A DNA stretch of 64,000 nt, from positions 64,001 through 128,000 of the forward strand of contig JBGUGD010000025.1 in NCBI GenBank assembly GCA_041697335.1, in the 5' to 3' direction. The first letter of the stretch is position 1. Each line of letters starts with the position of its first letter. The DNA comes from Vampirovibrionaceae bacterium NZW_1234. Its GTDB lineage: Bacteria; Cyanobacteriota; Vampirovibrionia; Vampirovibrionales; JAGQHJ01. The position numbers were made by a program, and so were the translations under genes. This document shows positions 46,896-57,364 of this stretch, in pieces. The notes beneath the pieces were generated by a model. That model did not search any database and was not told the origin of the DNA. It saw only the letters and a program-made list of their open reading frames with translations.

Positions 46896-46990
46896 AAGGC
46901 TTTAATTTCTTCCATCCTAATAACGTATTTATTCTTATATAATTGAATAATTGAGAGTAAAATTTGTGGTTTATTTATGGGAGTGACTAG

Positions 46991-47983
46991 ATGTTCATCT
47001 CTCACCGAGTGCGAAACATTATTCGCCCTATTTTTTATTGGGTTAATTCTAAATGTCCTTCATTGATTTTAACCGTGCTTCGGTTTTTAACAAATCTGCA
47101 AGTCCCATTATCTTCTAAAAAGAAGTTATTAATTCAATTGAAATCTGCCATTGATAACCAAGAAGGCTTTGCGACTGGAAAGCTAGGTATCGGTCCTCTT
47201 CATTTTCTTTATTACCCACATCTGTCAGGAAGTTGCTTGGCCGAGGATAAACGTAGGTCATTAGAAGCACGTATTTTTTTTGAAATGGAGAAAAATACAG
47301 GAGTTTACCCCGCTAACCCAACATTCTGTGTTAAATGGTCCCAATTTTATCTCGATCAAGTTTACCAATTAGACGCTGTGGGGCTGATTTTTAATCAATT
47401 TATCAAAGATATATATAAGAATAATCGTATTAAAAATAATTTCTTCTTTTATGATTTGGATCCTGAACGACAGATTCCCTCATCTCCAGAAAATTGTTAT
47501 TTACAGTTCTTACAGGACAAGAAAGTACTTCTGATTTGTCCCTTTGCTCACCTACTAGCTGAAAGAGCTAATAAAGAGACTTTTGAGGCAGTGTGGTCAA
47601 AAACAGGAAAAAAATGGTTTAATCCCTCGTCTGTACAGTCCGTTGAAATTCCTTATGGTTTTGCTGAAGAAACTCAGAAAAATTTTCCAACCTCTTTTGA
47701 TCTGTTGGAACATATCTATAGTTTGATAGACCCTTTAGAGTATGATGTTGCATTAATCGCTGCTGCTGGCTATGCAATTCCTATTGCAACATATATCAAA
47801 CGACAAAATAAGGTTGCTATAGATGTTGGTGGCCATTTACAGGTTCTCTTTGGCGTGATGGGTAAACGGTGGCGAGAGAGTAAGGAATATCAAGAAAAAT
47901 ATATTACAGATGCATGGATTGACATGCCAGAAAAATATAAGCCAAAACGCACAGATGTATGTGATCAAGGCGCGTACTGGTAA
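46991..47983 (+). CDS. Hypothetical polysaccharide-locus protein (GT-D-like)
   Basis: KKVLLICPFA, DVALIAA..YAIPIA.YIK...KVAIDVGG.LQ.LFG..GKRW. Visibly more AT-rich than its flanks. Confidence 0.65.
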   Translation: MFISHRVRNIIRPIFYWVNSKCPSLILTVLRFLTNLQVPLSSKKKLLIQLKSAIDNQEGFATGKLGIGPLHFLYYPHLSGSCLAEDKRRSLEARIFFEMEKNTGVYPANPTFCVKWSQFYLDQVYQLDAVGLIFNQFIKDIYKNNRIKNNFFFYDLDPERQIPSSPENCYLQFLQDKKVLLICPFAHLLAERANKETFEAVWSKTGKKWFNPSSVQSVEIPYGFAEETQKNFPTSFDLLEHIYSLIDPLEYDVALIAAAGYAIPIATYIKRQNKVAIDVGGHLQVLFGVMGKRWRESKEYQEKYITDAWIDMPEKYKPKRTDVCDQGAYW

Positions 47984-47986
47984 TTT

Positions 47987-48763
47987 TTAATATTGGATTG
48001 CCTGCTTATGTAGCGAGGGTTGAGTTCTGATAACGCAATGTTGCAGAGGGATGGCGTGTCGGACCAACTTACAGAGGAACACCAAGGGATTTCCATCGCG
48101 CTGATAAATCGAATATCTGGGTACGCATTCTGGATTAACCAACGAAGAGCAAGCACCGGTATTTGTTGTTAACGCAAATACATAAGGCGATTTTTGGACG
48201 ATAGAGATTGTCTTATTATCGTAATCACCCCAAGGGTAGGCCAGAACTGGGATAAAGCTTTCACCAAGTTCTTCAGAAAGGATGTTGTAAGATTCCAAAA
48301 GTTCGTTTTGCAACTCACCTTCAGACAGTTGGCTAAAACGTTGATGGGTCAAGCCATGGCTGCCGAAGGTAATGTAGGGTGACATGGCCATTTGCTGAAT
48401 CTGGGAACGCATCAGCAACCGATCTCGCCGGTGTTCTGGTAAATGAGCCTGATCCCAGTCGTTGGTACCGGCAAACTTTCCTGCCAGCAGGAAGATGGTT
48501 GCAGGACATTTTTCCTGATGCAAGATCGGAGCAGCATACAGATAGTTATTTTCGTAGCCATCGTCAAACGTGAGGGCAAAGGTATTGGAAGGCATGGCCT
48601 GGGGTCCGCCAGCAGTAACAACATCTGCTAGAGAGACAGATTGATAGCCAAGGAAGCGCAACGTCCGGATAATCCAGCGAAGACCAGAAGGGGTAATGGA
48701 TAAATGACGTCGATCAAAGTGACGAGGACTGGGTTCTACGTGATGGAAATTAAAGATTAGCAT
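47987..48763 (-). CDS. Polysaccharide deacetylase (CE4)
   Basis: LTFDDGY, ATIF, FGSHG.TH, LAYPWG. Confidence 0.92.
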   Translation of the reverse strand: MLIFNFHHVEPSPRHFDRRHLSITPSGLRWIIRTLRFLGYQSVSLADVVTAGGPQAMPSNTFALTFDDGYENNYLYAAPILHQEKCPATIFLLAGKFAGTNDWDQAHLPEHRRDRLLMRSQIQQMAMSPYITFGSHGLTHQRFSQLSEGELQNELLESYNILSEELGESFIPVLAYPWGDYDNKTISIVQKSPYVFALTTNTGACSSLVNPECVPRYSIYQRDGNPLVFLCKLVRHAIPLQHCVIRTQPSLHKQAIQY

Positions 48764-49758
48764 GCTATCTTGACCTCGCTTTTTGGAAAAAAATCGTTAT
48801 GCTGCCATCGGAATGAATAGCAAAGTTTGATGATTGCCTGAACAGTGCGTCGGCAACCATAAAGGGCGTTAATACCGGTAAGCATAGTCAATAATGCCAG
48901 AACCCCTTTTTTGTTTATCAGCAAATCTTTGGGAATATAAGGAAAGAGCTGTCGTGCAGACTCAACAAAGCCGTACATCAGAAACCGGTAAAACAAATTT
49001 CGGGTCTGAATCTGCCAGAGTAATGACTGTTGGGCTTCAGTCAGAACAGAAGCGACACTGGTGACGACTGACATCTCCGCATTATAAGCTGTTGAAAATT
49101 GCGACAAAATTCTTCGGCACCGTCCTTGTGTCGACTGTCGATAAATGACAAGTCGTTCCCCCGTGGGTATGACAGGATAATTTTGGCAAGCCCGAATAAA
49201 GAAGGCTCGATCTTCGTGATAGCAGTTGGGGTCGAATCCACCCACGGTTTCAACAATTTGTTTATGAATCAAGGTTGTACTGGGCAAAAACAGACCTTCT
49301 TCGGTGATGACATCATCCGGAATCATCCCGTTTAGTTGATAGAGCGGAGATAAATGGATGAGTTTGCCTTCCTCATCCACGGCATAATATCCGCTATAAA
49401 CGATTGCAATTTCTGTCGATGCTTGAGCCAAGGTGTTGAGTTCAATTGCCAGCTTTTGGGGCAGCCAGCAATCATCGGCATCTATAAAAGCGAAATAGAT
49501 TCCTTTGGCATGTGCGATTCCTGTATTTCTGGCGACCGCCACACCTTGATTCACTTGGTGAATGACACGAATCCGTGGATCGTTCAGCTGCTGAAGAATC
49601 GATGCAGTCCCATCGGTGGAACCGTCATCAACAATAATCAATTCAAAAATGGGATGCGTCTGTGCCAATACCGACTCGATGGCTTTTAAGACAATATGTT
49701 CACCTTGATAAACGGGTAGGATAACGGAGACAAGGCTGTTCGTCATCGTATCAGTCAT
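48757..49758 (-). CDS. Glycosyltransferase family 2
   Basis: VSVILPVY, VDDGSTD, NQGVAVARN.G, FIDADD. Confidence 0.93.
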   Translation of the reverse strand: MTDTMTNSLVSVILPVYQGEHIVLKAIESVLAQTHPIFELIIVDDGSTDGTASILQQLNDPRIRVIHQVNQGVAVARNTGIAHAKGIYFAFIDADDCWLPQKLAIELNTLAQASTEIAIVYSGYYAVDEEGKLIHLSPLYQLNGMIPDDVITEEGLFLPSTTLIHKQIVETVGGFDPNCYHEDRAFFIRACQNYPVIPTGERLVIYRQSTQGRCRRILSQFSTAYNAEMSVVTSVASVLTEAQQSLLWQIQTRNLFYRFLMYGFVESARQLFPYIPKDLLINKKGVLALLTMLTGINALYGCRRTVQAIIKLCYSFRWQHNDFFPKSEVKIAC

Positions 49759-51040
49759 GCATAACATCCTGATAAACCGCTTCCAGCGACTGCATCATAT
49801 TGGCCAAGGTAAATTGTTTTGCAACAATCCCCAATTGGTCTTGGACCATATCTTTTTTCTCTTGCGGCCACTGCAATAGCTGGATTAATCGTGCAAAAAG
49901 AGCTTCTTCGTCACCGACAGGTACCATGAGACGCTGGGTCTCTGGAAGAAACAAGATTTCTGGTATGCCACCGGCAGCATAGGTCACGAATAGCGTTTTT
50001 GCGGCGGCTGCTTCGAGAACTCCCAAGCCAAATCCCTCCCTCTCGGAAAGAAAAACAAGGGCATCGGAAACAGCCATAAGTTCAGGAATATCCGATCGAT
50101 GACCCAACACATGAATTTGATCAGCAACGGCGCTCTCTGAAACGTGCTTCCGAATAAGCGATTCATCTTGGCCGGAGCCGACCATGAGGAAGTGAGTTTT
50201 CTCAAAGCCGGGTATTTGAGTCATACGCGCAGCGAATTGAATAAACTGCAATGGATTCTTATTGCTGACCATACGCCCAATATAGCTGACACATAACGTG
50301 TCCAGCGGAATACCTAGTTTTTGGCGAACTTGCGTACGATTTGTGTTCTGGGCACGAAGCTGCCAGCGATGCACATCAATACCGTCGTGAATGACATGAG
50401 AGGTGACTGTGTCTGGTAAATATTGTTCTTCAATTAAGCGATTGCGTTCGGCAAAACTGACAAAAATAAGGGAATCAACCGTCTTGATAAAATGCCTGAA
50501 GAGATATTGAAAAGGCTTCTTTAACCAGCGCCTAACTGAATTGGTAGTCTCACTGAGACTGTAGAGAGAGCCATAGCCATGGAATGTGTATACCAATTTA
50601 CACCCCATGAGTTTAAAGATGAGATTCTCGATGTGCCCGATCTGAATATGAACAACGTCCGGTTTCTCACGACGCAGAATCCACCATAATTGTGCCTGGG
50701 TGGCGAGGTCCAGGGGTCTTAAAGCCGGGCGCCGAAATAAAGGTAAAGTGTGAATGCCGTGAGTATCAATCCCATTTTCGTGAAGGTACCTTTGCAAGCG
50801 TCCACCGGCAGAACAAACGACAATAGGCTTAAAGCCCGGATTACTCTTTAAAAATGACGTCACATGGAGAATATAATGCTCAATACCGCCAAAAGCCCCA
50901 AAATCCGGATAGTAGAGTAAAATCCGGGGTTGTCCGAGGTATTGGCTGCCTGGTTGAATCGACAGCCTGGGCATCCAGAGCTTCTCCCAGGCCAGTTCAG
51001 GTTTTAATGAAAATGTCGGATTTAACGCCATTTCCGTCAA
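49751..51040 (-). CDS. Glycosyltransferase family 4
   Basis: GGIE, TFHG, IGR....KN, EGFGLGVLEA, GGIPEI. Confidence 0.92.
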   Translation of the reverse strand: MTEMALNPTFSLKPELAWEKLWMPRLSIQPGSQYLGQPRILLYYPDFGAFGGIEHYILHVTSFLKSNPGFKPIVVCSAGGRLQRYLHENGIDTHGIHTLPLFRRPALRPLDLATQAQLWWILRREKPDVVHIQIGHIENLIFKLMGCKLVYTFHGYGSLYSLSETTNSVRRWLKKPFQYLFRHFIKTVDSLIFVSFAERNRLIEEQYLPDTVTSHVIHDGIDVHRWQLRAQNTNRTQVRQKLGIPLDTLCVSYIGRMVSNKNPLQFIQFAARMTQIPGFEKTHFLMVGSGQDESLIRKHVSESAVADQIHVLGHRSDIPELMAVSDALVFLSEREGFGLGVLEAAAAKTLFVTYAAGGIPEILFLPETQRLMVPVGDEEALFARLIQLLQWPQEKKDMVQDQLGIVAKQFTLANMMQSLEAVYQDVMHD

Positions 51041-51263
51041 TATCCATTCTCTTACTGCGGCATCAAGGTTAATGAACCAGGATTGTGTATGAAAGTTAAA
51101 AAAAAAAGGCTATCCAAAGTGCGTGAATTGACACCGTATATGAAGAATTATGAATTTTTGATGGCATGTTGAAGAATTGCCTGCCCCCACCCTCGGTATT
51201 TTTGATGCGCCATTCTATAATAGAGATTAGTAGTATCAGTTTGAATCTGCGAAACGGTATTCT

Positions 51264-52262
51264 ATGATTGCGTCACCCTATGCACCCGAAGTCTATGTCA
51301 CCTTAAAAGGTATGAAGAATCAGGTTGCCGCGCTGGCCCGCCAAGCCAATGCACCGATTGTAGAAATCGATCCGGATCTTCCCTATTTTATCCAATTGAT
51401 GGATATCGATCCTCGTTCAGAGTTGGTTATTGCACTTTCAGATCGGATTAACAAGCAGCGAAGCCTGGAATTTCGGGATAAAATATTTCGAACGAATGCT
51501 GCTCGTAAGATTTACAGGCAGACCTATCTCTATAATTCCTGGGTTTGGGGAACCAATGCCTTAACCAACCGGGAGCGGTTTTTGGCCGGTCACCTGATCA
51601 CGGACCTGAAAAAACGCAGTGATGCTAAGGTGGCCATTGTCGTTGGGAATGGACCTTCTTTAAAAAGTTTTACGCAGCCTGTTTCAAATGCCGAAATATT
51701 TACCTGTTGGCATGCTTTATCCAAATTGCAGGCCAACAACATCGATCCGAATTACGTCATGCACATTGATGTTGCGCCGCCCTCTCAGGATTTCGAGATA
51801 ACTGCTTTACCCGCATCTACACCCATTATTGCCACGCCAACGGCTGCCCCCCAGTTTCTTGAGCAGTATTCTGAAAATCCCTTGTATGGGTATTTCAGTC
51901 AGGAAGTCGTTTTCCATTCCTGGTTTGCCAAACAACGTAATATTGCGGAGCACGAGGCTATTGACGGTACTGTTGTGACAGGGATGGTTAGAGCTGCCAT
52001 TTATGCGGGTTATCGCAATATCGCCTTAATTGGTGTGGATTTGGGCGATCCGGTGACCGGCAACAAAGACGAGGTTATTCTGGAAAAGAATCAATTTGGT
52101 CATGAAATTTCCACCAGCCCGGTCTATATGACCTATAAAGAAGGCCTGGAGTATCTTGCATCATCGAAGCCGGAGGTGCGGTTTTATAACTTAAGTCAGA
52201 TTGGGTTAGATCTGGCGGGTTTTAAGCCCGTTACCTGGGATGGCTTATTAACCCTTCAGTAA
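51264..52262 (+). CDS. DUF115 / Maf-like (MptE-like) protein
   Basis: AIVVGNGPSL, I.PNYV..ID, GTV, A.Y.GY.NIALIGVDL. Confidence 0.75.
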   Translation: MIASPYAPEVYVTLKGMKNQVAALARQANAPIVEIDPDLPYFIQLMDIDPRSELVIALSDRINKQRSLEFRDKIFRTNAARKIYRQTYLYNSWVWGTNALTNRERFLAGHLITDLKKRSDAKVAIVVGNGPSLKSFTQPVSNAEIFTCWHALSKLQANNIDPNYVMHIDVAPPSQDFEITALPASTPIIATPTAAPQFLEQYSENPLYGYFSQEVVFHSWFAKQRNIAEHEAIDGTVVTGMVRAAIYAGYRNIALIGVDLGDPVTGNKDEVILEKNQFGHEISTSPVYMTYKEGLEYLASSKPEVRFYNLSQIGLDLAGFKPVTWDGLLTLQ

Positions 52263-52465
52263 CGCGTAACGAATTCTTAAAAAAATTGCTTGACAGGAAT
52301 TCTGTTTATTTAATGAATACTCAGAATTTCTCAATCAAGGCTTTTCTTCTGAAAAAGATTGCAGTAAAAAGGCCCAGATTTCACGGAAAGTAGAGACCTA
52401 TCCAGCTTAAATTGAAATATTTCTTTACGAAAACGCAATTTCCAAAGTGTAGCAACTTAATTCCA

Positions 52466-53665
52466 ATGTCCCAAAGACAATCCCCTCTTTCCCCCACCAA
52501 CACGACCTTGGAGTTTAATTGCATGATGGAAGAATATAGGTTAAAACCTGCTTCCGGCTTAAAAGAGAAGATATTAATTAGTTTCAAGACACTGGCAATT
52601 CTCTTGATACTGGGTATCTCCCTATTGGCAACGACACCGCTGGTATCATGGGCAAATCCTTCACCTGAACAAGTTGAGCTACAAACCATCCAGGGGAAGA
52701 TTGAGTATAACGATAACAACTACCGTGTTGGCCCTGGGGATATTTTAAGTTTTCAAGTCTATCACCAGCCGGATATGGGACAAGCCGATATTTTGGTACG
52801 ACAGGACGGCAATGCGAGCTTTAATGGCATTGGCGAACTCAACGTCGCAGGGTTGACCGTGGATGAAATTACCCAAGCGTTATCGTTCCGTATCGCTGAA
52901 TTGGTTCGGGACCCCATTGTCACGGTAACAATTTCTCAAACGCGACCTGCCACAATATACTTAGCCGGAGCGGTACTTCACCCTGGCATGTATCAGATGA
53001 ATACGAACCAGGCTAAAGGGGTTAATGCAGGCACAACGGCCAATGCCCGTATCGATATGCGGGTGTCCAATATTTTGGCCAACAGTGGGGGAGTGCAACT
53101 CAATGCGGACTTGACCAATGTGGAAGTCCGACGGGGTGGAAAAATTAGCGAGACGAAACGAATCAATCTATGGAAAGTTTTAAAAGAAGGTGCCCGGGAA
53201 CAGGACATCTGGGTCCAATCCGGGGATACCATTTATGTTCCAGCCCTAGACAAAATTGCGATGAGCGAGGCAGATTACAATCTGTTACTCTTGTCTGCCA
53301 TTGGGCCTGGAACATTTCCAGTTAGGGTTATTGGTGAGGTGAATACGCCGGGTGTGTTCGACCTTGGTGGCACGTCCCCTTATCTGGCTTCGGCAATTGC
53401 CAAGGCTGGTGGGTATAAATACAGTGCCAACAAGAAAATGATCGCCATCCGGCGTTTTACCCCCAATAACAGTTCCACAACATTGTTCGTGGAACCGGAA
53501 AAGGAAGACGTAACTTTAAGGCCGAATGACGTGATATTTATATCCGAAAATAAAATTTATGCTGCTGGGCGCTTTATGGAGACCGTGTCCAAAGTCTTTT
53601 CTCCCATTACCAGCGCGGGATCTGCATTATTCTCGTTCGGCTGGATTATGGGCGCAGGGAGGTAA
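52466..53665 (+). CDS. Wza-like polysaccharide export protein (start uncertain)
   Basis: YRVGPGDIL, VRQDG, GEL.VAGLT, SLBB repeats (GAVLHPG; GEVNTPG; AIAKAGG), LRPNDVI. Confidence 0.9.
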   Translation: MSQRQSPLSPTNTTLEFNCMMEEYRLKPASGLKEKILISFKTLAILLILGISLLATTPLVSWANPSPEQVELQTIQGKIEYNDNNYRVGPGDILSFQVYHQPDMGQADILVRQDGNASFNGIGELNVAGLTVDEITQALSFRIAELVRDPIVTVTISQTRPATIYLAGAVLHPGMYQMNTNQAKGVNAGTTANARIDMRVSNILANSGGVQLNADLTNVEVRRGGKISETKRINLWKVLKEGAREQDIWVQSGDTIYVPALDKIAMSEADYNLLLLSAIGPGTFPVRVIGEVNTPGVFDLGGTSPYLASAIAKAGGYKYSANKKMIAIRRFTPNNSSTTLFVEPEKEDVTLRPNDVIFISENKIYAAGRFMETVSKVFSPITSAGSALFSFGWIMGAGR

Positions 53666-53670
53666 TATAA

Positions 53671-55779
53671 GTGACGTATTCTTTTATTCCCCTTCGGTAT
53701 GAGCGAATTACTTTTTTACCTCAGGAAAACCAGCCCCAGTCCCCATTAAATGCAGTGGTGGATACGCTAGCCCATGAAATTCCGCAACATCCTCAGCAAG
53801 ATGATGAGACGGAGCCTGTATTGTCCGACACGGATGTGAGTGAAGTTGTGAGCAAACCTGCCAGTATGGATAGGGAGCTGGTAGATGATGAAATATCAAG
53901 TATTGATGAGGAAAGTATTAAATCACCCTCCCCGTATCAAAACGCCGAACAACCTGCATTACCAGGAACCTCTCAACAGCAAGATGCCTCTTTGGATCTT
54001 ATTGTCGATAATACCCCGTATCAGCAGGATACTGAAAGACCCTTAAGCTGGTTTAAACGTCTCAGACCGGACTTTCGCGTTGCTGTAGTTCTGATGCTTA
54101 TTGTCTGGGGATGGGCTTTGATTTATGGGTGCTTCGGCTATCAGCCCAAATATGTTTCTCATTCAATGGTGCTGATTAAAGATTCAGCAATTACTGGGCG
54201 CTATGTTTTACCGGATCAATATTATGCGTTGCAAACGACCTCGTCCAGTGCTGCAAACCCTGTATTAAACACGATGGGGCTTTTAAAATCTGAATCCATC
54301 TCCAAGTCACTCTGGCTCTATTTCAAAAACAACCACCCGGAAGAATTGAAGCGCCTTAAGATTAAAACGTATGCCCAATGGGAAACCATGTATGGTACTG
54401 GTAAAAGCTACATCAAATCGAAGAATGAGCCGGGCACAGACTTGATCTCGGTTTATTTTACCTGGAACGACCCTAAAATGTCTCAGGAAGGCTTAAATGT
54501 TATTTTAAAAACGTTCAGTGATGCCAGCCTGAAATTGAATAAGGCCGAACAACGTAATCGCAGCAAATATCTCGAATACCGGGTTAAAGAGATAAATACC
54601 CAGTTGGAAAACCTGCGCCGGGAGAAGCGTGAATATAAAGATCAGGTTGGATCCATTAACTCGGATCCGAAAAATGAGGAACTGATCAAGGCCCAAATAG
54701 AAATTTCCAACCGTCTGAGCAGTACGTTGGCAGCAGCCGATGGAAAAGAGGCAGAGTATAAACGTTTTCAAACCATGTTGGGAATGACGCCGGAAAACGC
54801 ACTGACGGCGTCTGCAATTGGCCTTAATCCAACATTGTCCAAACTGCAAGATGACTACTATAAACTTTCTCAAAATTATGCCTTTGTCAAAGCCAGCTTA
54901 ACCGATAAGAATCCCAAAGTGCGTGAATTGCATGCCCAATTGGAAGAGATCGAGAAAAACCTCCGCTCGGAAACCGGACGTACTTTAGGGAAAGAAAGTA
55001 TCGCTTCACAACCTTCGGCAGCTGTTTCCGACACGACACGCGCCAAGGTAGTCAACCAAATGGTATCGGCTCAAGCTGAAACAATGCGGCTTCGTGCAGA
55101 GGCAGAAATCCTCAGTCGTCGTCTGGATGAGCTCAACCGACAAATTGATATTTTACCCACTGTGGAAGAACGCTTAACCAATATTGACGAGCAGGAAAAG
55201 TCATTGAGCAATGCGCTGTTTACGTTGCGACAAAAACAGTTGGAAGCACAAATGAAGGAAGCTGAAACGTTGAGCAACGTATTTATTGTGGATGCTCCCC
55301 ACTTGCCACGTAAAGAGAAATTTCCTAACCGCATTGCTGTTGTCTTACTTGGCATATTGGCCGGTATTGCTTCCGCTGGAGCTTTTATCGGCATTGCAAG
55401 AGCGGTTAGAGAAGCCTCCGGTAGTAGTTATTTATTGACGGTTTTTACAGGCCCTGCCGAGAATAATACAACAGCCCATGTTTTGGATAATGCTCATTCC
55501 GACTTTCAGGGACAATCTCACTCATTGTCCTCTCCTGTATCACCGGCTCTCATAGAGTCGAAAGTCAGAAATTGGATCTCCACCAATAACGATATGGACC
55601 AGTATCTTGATGACTTGTTTGACGGTAAACAGAACCCCAATGCTTCTGCTCACAATGCCGTAAGAGAGCAAGTATACTTATCGCTGCGCCACCAGACCCA
55701 GAGTTCCGCAAATCAATCTTCCTCACACGATGAAAAACAGAGTTTGGAAGAATACAGCCCTTCTCATTCCTTCTCCTAG
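53671..55779 (+). CDS. Wzc/GumC-like polysaccharide co-polymerase without kinase domain
   Basis: Two TM segments flanking a long coiled coil (LTDKNPKV; IVDAP.LP...FP). No Walker A in the C-terminal tail. Confidence 0.85.
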   Translation: MTYSFIPLRYERITFLPQENQPQSPLNAVVDTLAHEIPQHPQQDDETEPVLSDTDVSEVVSKPASMDRELVDDEISSIDEESIKSPSPYQNAEQPALPGTSQQQDASLDLIVDNTPYQQDTERPLSWFKRLRPDFRVAVVLMLIVWGWALIYGCFGYQPKYVSHSMVLIKDSAITGRYVLPDQYYALQTTSSSAANPVLNTMGLLKSESISKSLWLYFKNNHPEELKRLKIKTYAQWETMYGTGKSYIKSKNEPGTDLISVYFTWNDPKMSQEGLNVILKTFSDASLKLNKAEQRNRSKYLEYRVKEINTQLENLRREKREYKDQVGSINSDPKNEELIKAQIEISNRLSSTLAAADGKEAEYKRFQTMLGMTPENALTASAIGLNPTLSKLQDDYYKLSQNYAFVKASLTDKNPKVRELHAQLEEIEKNLRSETGRTLGKESIASQPSAAVSDTTRAKVVNQMVSAQAETMRLRAEAEILSRRLDELNRQIDILPTVEERLTNIDEQEKSLSNALFTLRQKQLEAQMKEAETLSNVFIVDAPHLPRKEKFPNRIAVVLLGILAGIASAGAFIGIARAVREASGSSYLLTVFTGPAENNTTAHVLDNAHSDFQGQSHSLSSPVSPALIESKVRNWISTNNDMDQYLDDLFDGKQNPNASAHNAVREQVYLSLRHQTQSSANQSSSHDEKQSLEEYSPSHSFS

Positions 55780-55813
55780 TTCACAGGCACATTAGACTAA
55801 CCGGGTAGTTCCA

Positions 55814-57364
55814 ATGTCACGTTCGATGGTTACCGCCATAAAGCCGATTCAGCTGCTCAGTCCTCAGCAGTGTCCCTGGGTGTTGGTTATACTCTTGGGT
55901 GTATTGTTGCCAGTTATTTGTTATTGCTTGCTTCCGAGTCTGGGTGTCGAAGTTTTTCAAGAGAATTTGACATTAAATCATTTTGCCTTAGTGCTTTCAG
56001 CAATCATTGGCTGTTTACTCTATGTCCGGTATTTTCAAATTGTACTGACGTGCCCCGAAATACTTATGTTCGCCGTTTTAGTGGCCTGGCCGCTGATTGA
56101 ATGTGGTAATCAATATCTAATGCAATTGGCCGGAATTAACATTCACTTTCGGTTATTTGTAACGCTGCTGTTGGTGTTACCTGCATGTTGTTACTTTATC
56201 TTGTCATCCAAAGTGTTGGTACGCGTTCTACCCTATTTGAATATGTATCTGGTGTTTTACGCATGTCTGTTTGCTTATACGCTGTTCTATAATGCACATG
56301 CCGTTGATCCTCGGTGGGCACAGGAAGGTTCCTGGTCTGGGGGAGGGATTGATACGGTTCAGGCAACCGCGTATCTGAACTGCCTGGTGTCCATGGTGGT
56401 TTGTGCGGTTGCAATCCTGAGACATCCGAATGTCACTCACCTCTTTGATCGTTTTAACCGACTCTTCCTTGTGGTAACGGCCTTGACATCTTTGGTCGCG
56501 ATTGTTGGGTATCCATTTGGCTTTCTAAGTATGATGCTGGATGGCTTTAATCGCTCCTTTGGTATTTTTACGCAGCCAAACCCGTTTGCCCATCATCTTG
56601 GCATAGTCTTACTCTATTCGCTGGGCTTGTATTGCTATTATCAAGGTTCAAGGCGTATTCGTATACCAACATGGCTGATAGTTTGTAGTCTGGTTTTGAA
56701 TTTGTTGGCTTTTCTTTTAGCCCTCTCTAAAACGGCAATTGCATTACTGTTGGGATGTGGCTTCTTGCTGTTTGCGCTCAATCTGTCATCACCTGCTGTC
56801 AGACGGGTATTTGTACGACTTGTTCTGGCTTTGCTGGTGATGGTTCCCGTCGGTTTGGTTTTATTTCAGATTATTACAGAGCGCAGCTTTTTAGAACTCA
56901 TTCAAGCTCGCCTGGAACAAAAAGAAAGTATGAACTGGCGTCTTCAGATCTGGCAGGATCTGCTTGGCAGCATTGATCCTATCAACACGCTTTTTGGTCA
57001 TGGATTTACCTCTGCCAATACCTTGGTTTATCAAATGTCCTATAATGATCGCAAGAACGCTCAGCCGTTGATGTTGGTTCATAATGGCTATATTGCTTTG
57101 TTTTACGATATGGGGGTTCTGGGGCTCACACTGTTTATCAGCGCATTCATGTTAATGGGGCAAGCCTTAAAACGATATTGGGAAGCTGCATACCAGCAAA
57201 GCCGACCGCTTTTGACAACGGTTATTGTATTAACCATTTATTTTTTAGTGGCATGCGGTTTTGATGAAATGACCTATATGTTCGATGCCCCAATACAGTT
57301 CTGGTGTTTGTCTACCATACTCACCTGTGTGGCAATTCGAGAAGCTGGAGTTAAAAACTCATGA
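55814..57364 (+). CDS. O-antigen ligase / Wzy-like polymerase
   Basis: Polytopic; R..GIF.QPN, S..WR...W, LFGHG, HNGY. Confidence 0.88.
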   Translation: MSRSMVTAIKPIQLLSPQQCPWVLVILLGVLLPVICYCLLPSLGVEVFQENLTLNHFALVLSAIIGCLLYVRYFQIVLTCPEILMFAVLVAWPLIECGNQYLMQLAGINIHFRLFVTLLLVLPACCYFILSSKVLVRVLPYLNMYLVFYACLFAYTLFYNAHAVDPRWAQEGSWSGGGIDTVQATAYLNCLVSMVVCAVAILRHPNVTHLFDRFNRLFLVVTALTSLVAIVGYPFGFLSMMLDGFNRSFGIFTQPNPFAHHLGIVLLYSLGLYCYYQGSRRIRIPTWLIVCSLVLNLLAFLLALSKTAIALLLGCGFLLFALNLSSPAVRRVFVRLVLALLVMVPVGLVLFQIITERSFLELIQARLEQKESMNWRLQIWQDLLGSIDPINTLFGHGFTSANTLVYQMSYNDRKNAQPLMLVHNGYIALFYDMGVLGLTLFISAFMLMGQALKRYWEAAYQQSRPLLTTVIVLTIYFLVACGFDEMTYMFDAPIQFWCLSTILTCVAIREAGVKNS